Shown one piece after another: positions 1 through 9,847 of a stretch of 64,000 nucleotides of DNA (position 1 is its first letter; every line of letters begins with the position of its first letter). The DNA comes from Parcubacteria group bacterium (GTDB lineage: Bacteria > Patescibacteriota > Minisyncoccia > Phycocordibacterales > UBA2135), in assembly GCA_016176785.1 (NCBI GenBank), contig JACOWN010000007.1, positions 6,970-70,969 on the forward strand, read 5' to 3'. The notes beneath the pieces are model-generated. The model saw only the letters and a program-made list of their open reading frames with translations. It did not search any database and was not told where the DNA came from. The translations under genes and the position numbers were made by a program.

Positions 1-297
1 CTCGTCTTTGAGACCATTTTTGAGGGGCGCCTGCGGTATGTTGATGAACTGGTGAAAATGGGAGCGTCACTTAATGTGTGCGACCCGCACCGCATTATCG
101 TGCGCGGGCCGACACGGCTGGCCGGCGCAGAGCTTGAGAGCCCCGATCTGCGCGCGGGGCTCGCGTATCTTATTGCGGCGCTGGTTGCGGACGGCGAGTC
201 CGTTATTCATACTGTGTACAACATTGACCGCGGGTACGAGAGGATAGAGGAACGGCTGCGGAAGGTTGGGGCGGATATACAAAGGGTTAAAGAGTAG
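1..297 (+). CDS. murA: UDP-N-acetylglucosamine 1-carboxyvinyltransferase, C-terminal part (truncated by window)
   Basis: ETIFEGR..ELVKMGA, DLRAG and IDRGYE motifs; frame open from position 1. Confidence 0.93.
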   Translation, partial: LVFETIFEGRLRYVDELVKMGASLNVCDPHRIIVRGPTRLAGAELESPDLRAGLAYLIAALVADGESVIHTVYNIDRGYERIEERLRKVGADIQRVKE

Positions 298-336
298 GAT
301 TTTTTGAACACGCGCTTTGATTTTTGAATTTTTACC

Positions 337-1350
337 ATGAGTATTTTTTCCAGAAAACTCGGCATTGACCTCGGCACGGCGAACACGCTCGTGTATTTGC
401 CGCGGAAGGGAGTGGTCTTGAATGAGCCGTCGGTGGTGGCGGTTTCCGTTCCCGACAACAAAATTCTTGCCGTCGGGCTTGATGCAAAAAGCATGATCGG
501 CAAAACGCCCGACTCCATTATCGCGTACCGCCCCATGAAAGACGGCGTCATCGCCGATTATAGGGTAACCGAAGCAATGCTCCGCTATTACATCAATAAA
601 GTGCTCGGACGCTTCAACGTTTTTCGTCCCGATGTCCTTATCTCGGTGCCCGCGGGCGTTTCGTCAACAGAGCGGCGCGCCGTCATTGAAGCCGCCGTGA
701 AAGCGGGCGCGCGGAACGCCTACGTCGTTAAAGAGCCGGTGCTCGCCGCCATCGGCGCGGGAGTCCCCATCCATGAAGCGCACGGCCACATGATCGTTGA
801 CATCGGCGGCGGCACGACGGATGTCGCCGTGATCTCTTTGGGCGGCATTGTGGCGTCAAAGTCGGTCAAATGCGCCGGCGACAAGATAGACGTTGCGATC
901 GCCGATTACATCAAGAAATCTTTCAATCTTGCCATCGGCGACCGCACCGCGGAGGAAGTAAAGATCAAAATCGCCTCGGCGGTGCCGCTTGAGGACGAGC
1001 TCGTGGTCAGTATCAAGGGCCGCGATTTTGTCGCCGGCCTGCCGCGCTCGGTGCAGGTTTCGACGAACGAGATAGTCAAGGCGATCGAGCCGCAGCTCAG
1101 GGACATCGTGAAAGCGATCAAAGACGTGCTGCAAGATACGCCGCCGGAACTCGCCGCGGACATCATTGATCACGGCATCATCATGACCGGCGGTTCGTCG
1201 CAGCTGCGGAATCTTCCCGAACTCGTGTATCGCCGGACCGGCGTGCGCGCATACCTTGCCGAAGACCCGCTCTTTTGCGTGGCGAAAGGGACCGGTTTGG
1301 CGCTTGAACATCTTGAGACCTATAAAAAAAGCATTATCGCAAAGCGTTAA
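337..1350 (+). CDS. mreB: Rod shape-determining actin homolog MreB/Mbl (paralog 1)
   Basis: GIDLGTANT, VDIGGGTT, TGGSSQL motifs; 337 aa. Confidence 0.95.
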   Translation: MSIFSRKLGIDLGTANTLVYLPRKGVVLNEPSVVAVSVPDNKILAVGLDAKSMIGKTPDSIIAYRPMKDGVIADYRVTEAMLRYYINKVLGRFNVFRPDVLISVPAGVSSTERRAVIEAAVKAGARNAYVVKEPVLAAIGAGVPIHEAHGHMIVDIGGGTTDVAVISLGGIVASKSVKCAGDKIDVAIADYIKKSFNLAIGDRTAEEVKIKIASAVPLEDELVVSIKGRDFVAGLPRSVQVSTNEIVKAIEPQLRDIVKAIKDVLQDTPPELAADIIDHGIIMTGGSSQLRNLPELVYRRTGVRAYLAEDPLFCVAKGTGLALEHLETYKKSIIAKR

Positions 1351-2057
1351 TGTTGAAACACATCACACATCAGACGGCGAAGGTCTTACATCCCAAAAAA
1401 TTGCACCATGCGTATTGCGTGGAAGGGGATAGGGAGACCGCGGTGCGGGAAATAACGCGGTTTTGCGAAGGGGAACTTGGCGTCGCAACCCGCGGCAATC
1501 CCGATTTTTGGCGGAGCGAACACGGCACGTTCGGGATCGACGAAAGCCGCGCGCTCAAAGAGCGCGCGGCGGCGCGGCCGGTGTCTGATGACGGCCGCAA
1601 GATATTCCTCATTGCCGCATACGCATTGACGCACGAGGCGCAAAACGCCCTTTTGAAATTGTTTGAAGACCCGACGCCGCGCACCCACTTTTTCCTCGTT
1701 ATTCCGGACGCGGGCCTTCTTTTGCCCACGCTCCGTTCCCGGCTGGAGATCATCCCTCTTGTTCAACACCCGATGTTGAACAAATTGGCGGGGGAGTTTT
1801 TGGGCGGCTCTTTTCCGGAACGCTGTGCGCTCGTGAAAGAAATCATTGACGAGAAAGACAAACATTCGGCGCTTATGTTGTTAAACGGCATTGAGACCAT
1901 TTTGCACGAACGCATGCGTGAGGAACGCCCGCTTGTTCCCGTTTTGGAGGAAATTGAAAAATGCCGCGGCTATCTCCAAAGCAACGCGCCGTCGGTCAAA
2001 ATGATCATGGAACACCTCGCCCTCGTCATCCCGCCGATAGATAAAAAGGCCCCGTAA
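1350..2057 (+). CDS. holB: DNA polymerase III delta'-like clamp-loader subunit (short CPR form)
   Basis: LHHAY, EAQNALLKLFEDP, LLPTLRSR motifs. Confidence 0.8.
   Translation: MLKHITHQTAKVLHPKKLHHAYCVEGDRETAVREITRFCEGELGVATRGNPDFWRSEHGTFGIDESRALKERAAARPVSDDGRKIFLIAAYALTHEAQNALLKLFEDPTPRTHFFLVIPDAGLLLPTLRSRLEIIPLVQHPMLNKLAGEFLGGSFPERCALVKEIIDEKDKHSALMLLNGIETILHERMREERPLVPVLEEIEKCRGYLQSNAPSVKMIMEHLALVIPPIDKKAP
1759..1783. repeat. 25-bp palindrome TTGTTCAACA-CCCGA-TGTTGAACAA, copy 1 (inside holB-like CDS)
   Basis: Identical to 57093-57117 and 58499-58523. Confidence 0.9.
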
Positions 2058-2072
2058 TGATACAGTGAAGAT

Positions 2073-2624
2073 ATGCCTTACAATTTTTCGTCGTTAGACG
2101 GCAAGCTTGAGAAAGTGAAAGAATGGTTCACCCGCGAACTTTCAACGGTCAGAACCGGCCGCGCGGCGATCGCCGTTCTTGACAGCGTTCGCGTTGAATC
2201 ATACGGCGCCGCAATGCCCGTCACCCACGTCGCCGGCATTACGACGGAAGATGCGCGGACCATCCGCGTCACGCCGTGGGACAAGAATCAGATTAAGGTC
2301 ATTGAAAAAGCGATCCTTGAAGCGAATCTGGGTTTGTCGGTCGTCGTGGACGACCGCGGAATCCGCATCATATTCCCCGAATTGACCGCAGAGCGGCGCG
2401 AGGCGCTTAAAAAGGTAGTCAAAAACAAACTTGAAGAAGCGCGCATCGCGCTCCGCAAGGTGCGCGATGAAGTGTGGCATGACATTCAGGAACAAGAACG
2501 GCAGAAAAAACTTTCCGAGGACGAAAAGTTCCGGTTGAAAGAGGATATGGAGAAGCGCATCAAGGGAGCGCAGGCCGTGTTGGAAGAGGCGGCGGAGAGA
2601 AAAGAAAAGGAAATATCCGCATAG
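2073..2624 (+). CDS. frr: Ribosome recycling factor
   Basis: RTGRA, PELTAERR motifs; 183 aa. Confidence 0.96.
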   Translation: MPYNFSSLDGKLEKVKEWFTRELSTVRTGRAAIAVLDSVRVESYGAAMPVTHVAGITTEDARTIRVTPWDKNQIKVIEKAILEANLGLSVVVDDRGIRIIFPELTAERREALKKVVKNKLEEARIALRKVRDEVWHDIQEQERQKKLSEDEKFRLKEDMEKRIKGAQAVLEEAAERKEKEISA

Positions 2625-2639
2625 TCGGCACTCACGAAC

Positions 2640-3752
2640 ATGTCCGTTTTACTCTTTATCATCGTCCTTGTCGTCCTCATTCTCGTCCACGAGTTCGGGC
2701 ATTTTATCGTTGCAAAAAAAACGGGGATCCGCGTTGACGAATTCGGGCTCGGATTTCCGCCGAAGCTTTTCAGCGTTCGCCGGGGAGAAACGGAGTATTC
2801 CATGAACGCGCTGCCGTTCGGCGGCTTTGTGCGCATTTTCGGAGAAAATCCAGAGGATGTCGCCTTAGACCATCCAGACCGCGCGCGGAGTTTCGTTGCC
2901 CGGCCAAAACCGATACAGGCAGCCGTCATGGTCGCCGGAGTTACCGCTAACATTGCGCTCGCGTGGGTCCTGCTTTCTTTTGGGTTTATGGTAGGGCTCC
3001 CCATGCCGGTTGACGGTGCGCCGCAAGGCGTCGTCGTGGAGAACGCGCGCGTCGCGATCATAAGCACCGCGGACGGCTCGCCCGCCTCCGAGGCGGGGCT
3101 TCTGCCCGGCGACCGCGTACTTTCTTTGTCTGCGAAAGGGGACCGGCGGGACATCGCGTCGGTCTCCGACCTGCAAACGTTCATTGCGTTCCACGGCGGC
3201 TTGCCCGTGACGGTGCTTTACGAACGGCAAGGCGAGCGGCAGACGGCGGTCGCAACGCCTCGTTCGGGTTCGGGGATTCCGGAGCTGCCGTTTGCGCAAC
3301 CGGCGCTCGGAGTCACCGTCGGTCTTATCGGCACGGTGACGCTTCCACCGCATCGCGCGTTTTTTGAAGGAGCGCGCATGACCGCCGCACTCACCTCGTC
3401 CGTCGTTTCTTCATTCGGCATGCTTGCCCGCGATGCGTTCCGCGGCGCAGCCGACCTCGCGACGCTCACCGGTCCCGTCGGCATCGCGGGTATCATCGGC
3501 GACGCAGCGGATTTCGGAATTATCTATCTTCTCGGGCTGACCGCGTTCATTTCCATTAATCTCGCCGTCATAAACCTCCTGCCGCTTCCCGCTCTTGACG
3601 GCGGCCGACTCCTTTTTCTTTTGATAGAAGCGGTGAGGGGTGCGCCGCTCAATCCGCGCGCGGTTACCATTGCGCATGCCGTCGGGTTTGCGGCTCTCAT
3701 CATCCTCATGCTCGTCGTCACCTTTAACGACATCGTCCGCATCGTTTCCTGA
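2640..3752 (+). CDS. rseP: Site-2 (M50) intramembrane metalloprotease with PDZ domain
   Basis: HEFGH, NLLPLPALDGG. Confidence 0.93.
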   Translation: MSVLLFIIVLVVLILVHEFGHFIVAKKTGIRVDEFGLGFPPKLFSVRRGETEYSMNALPFGGFVRIFGENPEDVALDHPDRARSFVARPKPIQAAVMVAGVTANIALAWVLLSFGFMVGLPMPVDGAPQGVVVENARVAIISTADGSPASEAGLLPGDRVLSLSAKGDRRDIASVSDLQTFIAFHGGLPVTVLYERQGERQTAVATPRSGSGIPELPFAQPALGVTVGLIGTVTLPPHRAFFEGARMTAALTSSVVSSFGMLARDAFRGAADLATLTGPVGIAGIIGDAADFGIIYLLGLTAFISINLAVINLLPLPALDGGRLLFLLIEAVRGAPLNPRAVTIAHAVGFAALIILMLVVTFNDIVRIVS

Positions 3753-3815
3753 TCACCGCAAGATCGCCGCGGCCGTGCGACGCGCGCCTGTCAATTTCCA
3801 TGAAAAAATCCCGCG

Positions 3816-4172
3816 CTAGTGCGGGAGATTTTTGGTGTGATGACGCACCACGGAAATGATCATGTCTGCCCATCCGGTTGCGTTCCCGACGAGCCAGTCG
3901 GCGTATTGTTGCCGCTTTTCGTCGGTGTCAAGCGGCGGCGAGAATGGATTTTGAACGGTCGTGTGCGCAACGCCCGCGCGAAGCTCCTGCCGACACTCGG
4001 GGTCGGGTTCAAAAAACCACGGAAAGAACACCGCTTTGTACCCGCGCCGCCACGTTTCGCTTTTGTCGGGAAACGCCTTGGAAAGCGCAGCGTCTGCTTC
4101 CGTTTCTGAAAGACATACGCGCTTGCTGAAGCTTAACTTGTTAAACGGGCCGTGCGTATGGCTCATTGCCAT
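3816..4172 (-). CDS. Hypothetical protein (~118 aa)
   Basis: Fills the rseP-proS gap; GGAG upstream of ATG 4172; no recognisable motif. Confidence 0.5.
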   Translation of the reverse strand: MAMSHTHGPFNKLSFSKRVCLSETEADAALSKAFPDKSETWRRGYKAVFFPWFFEPDPECRQELRAGVAHTTVQNPFSPPLDTDEKRQQYADWLVGNATGWADMIISVVRHHTKNLPH

Positions 4173-4247
4173 TTCTCCGCATCGTCTCTTGTTCTGTATA
4201 GCACGGCGAAGTTTGAATGAAAAGCGCTTTTGGGCTATCATAGAGCA

Positions 4248-5492
4248 ATGCGATTTTCACATCTTTTTACCGCAACGCGGCGCGATGCGCCGAAAGATGA
4301 AGTTGCAAAAAACGCGCAGCTTCTTGTCCGCGCCGGATTCATCCATAAAGAAATGGCGGGTGTTTATTCGTATCTCCCGCTCGGCTTCCGCGTCCTTAAA
4401 AAAATAGAGAACATCATCCGCGAGGAAATGGACGCGATCGGCGGGCAAGAGGTGCTTTTGACGGCGCTTCAGGACCCCGACGTGTGGAAGAAGAGCGGCC
4501 GCTGGTCGGATGACGTGGTAGACAACTGGTTCAAGACGACGCTTGCGAACGGCGCGGAGGCGGGCATCGCGAATACGCACGAGGAGCCGCTCACCGCCCT
4601 CATGCGGGAACACGTCCGCTCCTACCGCGATCTGCCGCGGTACGTGTACCAGATCCAAGATAAGTTCCGGAACGAACTGCGCGCAAAATCAGGGCTCATG
4701 CGCGGGCGCGAGTTCATCATGAAAGATCTTTACTCGTTCACGAAAGACGAGAATGAATTGGAGCGTTTTCACGAGAAATGCGCGGAGGCGTACCTGCGCA
4801 TCTTCCGCCGCGTCGGATTGGGAGAACTGACATACCGCACCTTTGCATCCGGCGGCGCATTTTCAAAATACAGCGACGAGTTCCAAACGCTCTCGGAGGC
4901 GGGGGAGGACACGATCTACGTTGACAAAGAAAAAGGAATCGCGGTCAACAAAGAGGTATATACCGATGAGGCGCTTGCCGACCTCGGTCTCAAAAAAGAA
5001 AACCTCGTTGAAGCGAAAGCGATAGAAGTGGGGAACATCTTCAAACTCGGCACGCGTTTTTCGGAGGCGCTCGGACTCACGTATCGGGACGAGGACGGCG
5101 CGGAAAAGCCGGTCGTCATGGGTTCATACGGCATCGGACTCGGGCGGCTTATGGGCGCGGCGGTTGAGGTGTTCTCGGATGAAAAAGGAATCGTGTGGCC
5201 GGAAGAGATCGCGCCGTTCGCATACCACCTTATTGCGCTCGGCGCCGAGCGCACGGTCCGCGCGCGCGCGGACGAGATCTATGACATGTTCGCCGCCTCC
5301 GGCGCGGAAGCGCTCTATGACGACCGCGAAGAAAGCGCGGGGGTAAAGTTTGCGGATGCGGAGCTTATCGGCATTCCGACCGTCATCATCGTAAGCGAAA
5401 AAACGCTCTCCGCCGGCGAAGACCGCGTTGAAGTGCGTCGCCGCGCGACGGGCGCGTCCCGCATGGCGCGCATCGGTGACATCGTTACCTGA
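4248..5492 (+). CDS. proS: Prolyl-tRNA synthetase (short form, no editing domain)
   Basis: THEE, KFRNELR..GLMRGREF.MKD, EVGNIFKLG, MGSYGIG. Confidence 0.96.
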   Translation: MRFSHLFTATRRDAPKDEVAKNAQLLVRAGFIHKEMAGVYSYLPLGFRVLKKIENIIREEMDAIGGQEVLLTALQDPDVWKKSGRWSDDVVDNWFKTTLANGAEAGIANTHEEPLTALMREHVRSYRDLPRYVYQIQDKFRNELRAKSGLMRGREFIMKDLYSFTKDENELERFHEKCAEAYLRIFRRVGLGELTYRTFASGGAFSKYSDEFQTLSEAGEDTIYVDKEKGIAVNKEVYTDEALADLGLKKENLVEAKAIEVGNIFKLGTRFSEALGLTYRDEDGAEKPVVMGSYGIGLGRLMGAAVEVFSDEKGIVWPEEIAPFAYHLIALGAERTVRARADEIYDMFAASGAEALYDDREESAGVKFADAELIGIPTVIIVSEKTLSAGEDRVEVRRRATGASRMARIGDIVT

Positions 5493-5512
5493 ACCGTGGT
5501 ATATCTTTTTGT

Positions 5513-6580
5513 ATGGAACTGCAACGCATCAGAGAACGGATACTCCGTTTGCTTTCAAACGATGTCGGCATTGACCTCGGCACGGCGAATACGCTTGTCT
5601 ATGTGCGCGGTTTCGGCATTGTCATTAACGAACCGTCAGTCGTCGCGTTGAACCAAAAGACGGGTCAAGTCGTCGCCATTGGAGCGCACGCGAAACAAAT
5701 GCTCGGGCGCACGCCGGCGCACATCACCGCCGTGCGTCCGCTGATAGACGGCGTTGTTTCCAATTTTGAAATCACGGAGGAAATGCTCGCGTATTTTTTG
5801 AACCGCGTGCACAAACTTTCCCCGCGCTTCATCCGCCCGCGCGTCGTCATCGGCGTGCCGTCGGGCATTACGAACGTGGAAACGCGCGCCGTCCGCGACG
5901 CGACGCGCGCGGCCGGCGCGCGCGAAGTGTTCATCGTTGAAGAGCCGATGGCGGCGGCCATCGGCATTCAACTGCCCATCCACGACCCCGTCGGCTCCAT
6001 GGTGGTTGACATCGGCGGCGGAACAACCGATATCGCGGTCATTTCTTTGGGAGGTATCGTGCAGTCGCGGAATGTCCGTATCGCCGGCGACCGTTTTAAT
6101 GAAGACATCATTTCTTACATCAGGAATGAGTTCAAGATCTTGATCGGCGACCGGACCGCCGAAAGCATCAAAATTGCCATCGGCTCGGTGTTGCCCGGAG
6201 ATGCGCCGGTGGAAGCGGCGATCCGCGGGCGCGACCTGGTGACCGGCCTTCCGCGCGAAGTCATCGTCACCGACACCGACATCAGAGAGGCGATCTCGCC
6301 GTCTATTGCGGTGCTTACGGAGTCCGTGAAGGAAGTGCTTGAAACGACGCCGCCCGAGGTGCTTGCGGACGTCATGACACGCGGCATTATGCTGGTGGGA
6401 GGCGGAGCGTCTCTCGGCGGGCTGACGACGCTCCTTGAGGGTGAGCTTAAAATACCCATTCACGTTGCGCATGACCCGCTGACCGCCGTCGTGCGCGGCA
6501 CCGGCGTCATCCTTGAGCGTATCCACGTCTATCGCGAAGTTCTCATCACGCAGGAGGACGATTTTCCTCCCACCGAATAG
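5513..6580 (+). CDS. mreB: Rod shape-determining protein MreB (paralog 2)
   Basis: GIDLGTANT, VDIGGGTT; directly upstream of mreC and pbp2. Confidence 0.95.
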   Translation: MELQRIRERILRLLSNDVGIDLGTANTLVYVRGFGIVINEPSVVALNQKTGQVVAIGAHAKQMLGRTPAHITAVRPLIDGVVSNFEITEEMLAYFLNRVHKLSPRFIRPRVVIGVPSGITNVETRAVRDATRAAGAREVFIVEEPMAAAIGIQLPIHDPVGSMVVDIGGGTTDIAVISLGGIVQSRNVRIAGDRFNEDIISYIRNEFKILIGDRTAESIKIAIGSVLPGDAPVEAAIRGRDLVTGLPREVIVTDTDIREAISPSIAVLTESVKEVLETTPPEVLADVMTRGIMLVGGGASLGGLTTLLEGELKIPIHVAHDPLTAVVRGTGVILERIHVYREVLITQEDDFPPTE

Positions 6581-6583
6581 ATT

Positions 6584-7372
6584 ATGCCGCGCCGCGCACT
6601 CTGGTTCATCGGAGCCGTCATCATTATTGCGGGAGCGCTGTGGCGCTTTGATTTTTTGGCGGCGCCGCTCCGAACGGGCGCCCTCACGGCGTTCGCGCCG
6701 GCGTTTCGCGCCGGCGCGGACATTTCTGACGGCGTTATGCGGATGCGCGCGCGGCTCCGTTCCCAGGAAGAACTGGCGGAAGAGAACGCGCTCCTTCGCG
6801 AAGAACTCAATCGGGCGACGACCGAAGCGCTCCTCGCGAAGCGCCGCGCGGAGGAGAACGAATCGCTCAAAGAGATCTTCGGCCGCAGCGGCAACCGTTC
6901 GGGAGCGCTTCTCCTTGCCGCCGTCCTCGCGCGGCCCAACCGGTCGCCGTACGACACCTTTCTCATTGATGTCGGTTCGGAATCCGGCGTCAAGGTCGGC
7001 GACCGCGTATTCGTTCTCGGCGACATCGTTATCGGGACGATTGATGTCGTTTCCGGCTCTGCGTCCCGCGTCAAACTGTTTTCATCTCCCGGAGCCGTGA
7101 TAGACGTGCTCTTCGGTTCGGAACGCATAAGCGTTCCCGCGCGCGGCATCGGCGGCGGCAATTTTGAAGCGCGCCTGCCGCGCGGCGTTGATATCCGCGA
7201 AGGGGACATCGTCGCGTTTCCCGCCATCAGCACCGACATCGCGGGCGTCGTTCAAAAAGTGCTCGGCGATCCGGCCGACTCATTCCAGACAATTCTTTTC
7301 AAAAGTCCCGTTAACGTGTACGAAACGGAATGGGTCGAGGTATTGGTGGGCGAGCGCGTGCACACGCTCTAA
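6584..7372 (+). CDS. mreC: Rod shape-determining protein MreC
   Basis: N-terminal TM, coiled coil (L.EEN..LR), IDVG...GVKVGD; synteny. Confidence 0.88.
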   Translation: MPRRALWFIGAVIIIAGALWRFDFLAAPLRTGALTAFAPAFRAGADISDGVMRMRARLRSQEELAEENALLREELNRATTEALLAKRRAEENESLKEIFGRSGNRSGALLLAAVLARPNRSPYDTFLIDVGSESGVKVGDRVFVLGDIVIGTIDVVSGSASRVKLFSSPGAVIDVLFGSERISVPARGIGGGNFEARLPRGVDIREGDIVAFPAISTDIAGVVQKVLGDPADSFQTILFKSPVNVYETEWVEVLVGERVHTL

Positions 7373-7375
7373 ACT

Positions 7376-7642
7376 ATGCGCCGCCTGTTCGCCAATGCGA
7401 TACTTGCCGCCGCCGTTGTTTTTTTGCCGTGGTGGGCGGCGGCCATCGTGGGGATTCTCGCGCTTGCCGCACTGAAGACGTTTTATGAACTCATCGGATG
7501 GGCGTTTCTTATTGACCTTCTCTACGGTCAGCCAGTCCCCGCGTATTTTTCCATGCCGTTTCTGCTTACCGTAAGCAGCGGCATTGCCGTTGTCGGCACG
7601 GCGTATGCCCGATCGCAACTCCGGCTGGCGTTTCGTTTCTAA
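7376..7642 (+). CDS. Small polytopic membrane protein at the mreD position
   Basis: 88 aa, hydrophobic, between mreC and pbp2. Confidence 0.65.
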   Translation: MRRLFANAILAAAVVFLPWWAAAIVGILALAALKTFYELIGWAFLIDLLYGQPVPAYFSMPFLLTVSSGIAVVGTAYARSQLRLAFRF

Positions 7643-7647
7643 CGCGT

Positions 7648-9336
7648 ATGTTCCGATACCGTTCATCAGCGCCGCTCCACGAGATCGCCCCCGATGAGAT
7701 TTTGCTTGATTCGCATAATTTGCCGCAATTTGACCGTCACCAATTCGAGGGTCGGCTTGAACGCCCGATAAGCAGATTGTCTTTCGTCGCGTTGGGCGCA
7801 TTGTTCCTCGGCATAGCCCTCCTTTTTACCGGTCAGGCGTTCTCGCTGCAGGTGGTGCGCGGAGAAGAGCTTGCGAGCGTCGCGGAATATAATCGCTTGC
7901 GCCACACGCCGGTGTTTGCCGAACGCGGCGTCATTTTTGACCGGAACGGCGTTGAATTGGCGTGGAACGAGTCCTTTGCGGACGCCGCCGCCTTTTCGCG
8001 CCGCAGGTACATTGAGGAACCCGGTTTTGCGCACCTGCTCGGATTTGTGCAGTACCCGTCAAAAGACGCTTCGGGATTTTATTATCACGACCGTTTCGTC
8101 GGCAGGGACGGCGTGGAGCGGTTCTACGACGACGTCGTCGGCGGCAAGGACGGGACGACGATAGTGGAAACGAACGCGCGCGGCGAAATAATTTCGCAGA
8201 ACGTCTTTGACCCGCCCGTTGACGGCACGGACCTCATTTTGTCGGTTGACGCGCGCATTGAGGAGCGCCTGTATCGCTCGATTGCCGACCTTGCGCATTC
8301 CGCGGGTTTTCTCGGCGGGGCGGGAGTGATGCTTGATGTTTTAAACGGCGAGGTCCTTGCGTTGGTGAGCTACCCGGAGTACGACGCTACGCTTCTCTCG
8401 GAGGGCGGCTCGGAGCGGGAGGTTGAGCGCTACACGAATGACGAGCGCACGCCGTTTTTGAACCGCGCCATCGGCGGACTCTACATTCCCGGGTCCATCG
8501 TGAAGCCGGTCATTGCGCTCGGAGCGCTTAATGAAGGAGTCATTAACCCCGATACGAAAATTTTGAGCACGGGGTCCATTTCCGTTCCGAACCCTTACGA
8601 CCGGAAACTCACCTCGGTGTTCACCGACTGGAAAGCGCACGGCTGGGTCGCCATGCGCGAGGCGCTCGCCGTTTCCTCAAATGTTTATTTTTATGAGATC
8701 AGCGGCGGCTATCAAGAGCAACGTGGTATCGGCATTGAAAAACTCGCATCATACATGAAGCAATTCGGCTACGGGAGCGCAACCGGCATTGACCTGTTCG
8801 GCGAAGCGGCGGGCGTGGTGCCGACACCGGCATGGAAAGAGGAGATTTTTAACGACCCCTGGCGCATCGGTGACACGTACAACACCGCCATCGGCCAGTA
8901 CGGTTTCCAGATCACGCCGATCCAGGCGGCGCGCGTAGCCGCCGCGGTCGCGAACGACGGTGTCTTGGTAACGCCGCGCGTGAGCCGGAGCGTTCCGGAA
9001 AAGAATGCCCGCATCCCCCTTGATGCGCGCTTTTTCGCCGTTGTGCGCGAGGGAATGCGCGAGGCGATCAAGATCGGCACGGCGCAAGGGCTCAACATAC
9101 CTTCGGTCTCTGTCGCGGCGAAAACGGGCACCGCCGAAGTCGGCGTGACGAAGAAGCGCGTCAACTCGTGGGTCATCGGCTTCTTTCCGTACGAGTCCCC
9201 GCGTTACGCGTTTGCCGTTGTTATGGAACGCGGTCCGCGCCAAAATCTTGTCGGCGCTTTATATGTCATGAGGGAACTTTTGTCGTGGATGGCCGTTGAA
9301 ACGCCGGAGTACCTCGCGCCCCAGCCGCAGTTGTGA
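7648..9336 (+). CDS. mrdA: Penicillin-binding protein 2 (class B transpeptidase)
   Basis: PGSIVK (SxxK), SSN (SxN), KTGTAE. Confidence 0.92.
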   Translation: MFRYRSSAPLHEIAPDEILLDSHNLPQFDRHQFEGRLERPISRLSFVALGALFLGIALLFTGQAFSLQVVRGEELASVAEYNRLRHTPVFAERGVIFDRNGVELAWNESFADAAAFSRRRYIEEPGFAHLLGFVQYPSKDASGFYYHDRFVGRDGVERFYDDVVGGKDGTTIVETNARGEIISQNVFDPPVDGTDLILSVDARIEERLYRSIADLAHSAGFLGGAGVMLDVLNGEVLALVSYPEYDATLLSEGGSEREVERYTNDERTPFLNRAIGGLYIPGSIVKPVIALGALNEGVINPDTKILSTGSISVPNPYDRKLTSVFTDWKAHGWVAMREALAVSSNVYFYEISGGYQEQRGIGIEKLASYMKQFGYGSATGIDLFGEAAGVVPTPAWKEEIFNDPWRIGDTYNTAIGQYGFQITPIQAARVAAAVANDGVLVTPRVSRSVPEKNARIPLDARFFAVVREGMREAIKIGTAQGLNIPSVSVAAKTGTAEVGVTKKRVNSWVIGFFPYESPRYAFAVVMERGPRQNLVGALYVMRELLSWMAVETPEYLAPQPQL

Positions 9337-9365
9337 TTTTCAAAAACGTCAGGTACAATTAACGC

Positions 9366-9830
9366 ATGGAGGAAAAGCATTTTCTTTCGCAGGAAAAACA
9401 CGACGCGTTGACGGCCGAGCTCGCCGACCTCAAAACGCGCAAGCGGCGCGAGATCGCCGAAAAACTTGAATATGCAAAATCGCTTGGCGACCTTTCGGAG
9501 AACTCGGAGTATCAGGAGGCGCGCGAATCGCAAGCGGCGATCGAGGAGCGCATTTCAACGATTGAGACCGTTTTAAAATCCGCCGAGATCGTCGCCGACA
9601 GAGGGGGAGACACCATTGACATTGGAAGCACCGTCACGCTCCGCAAGGCGAATTCTTCCGGAACGCAGACCTACAAACTCGTCGGTTCGGAGGAGGCGGA
9701 TATCGCGGACGGGAAGATATCAAACCACTCTCCGCTCGGCGAAGCGCTCCTCGGGAAAAAAACGGGCGATACGGTGCGCTACCTGACGCCGAACGGCGAG
9801 GCGTCGTGCACCATTGTCAAGGTTACGTAA
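9366..9830 (+). CDS. greA: Transcription elongation factor GreA
   Basis: GDLSENSEY, IS..SPLG.ALLG. Confidence 0.96.
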   Translation: MEEKHFLSQEKHDALTAELADLKTRKRREIAEKLEYAKSLGDLSENSEYQEARESQAAIEERISTIETVLKSAEIVADRGGDTIDIGSTVTLRKANSSGTQTYKLVGSEEADIADGKISNHSPLGEALLGKKTGDTVRYLTPNGEASCTIVKVT

Positions 9831-9847
9831 CCCGCGCCGCAGACCCC

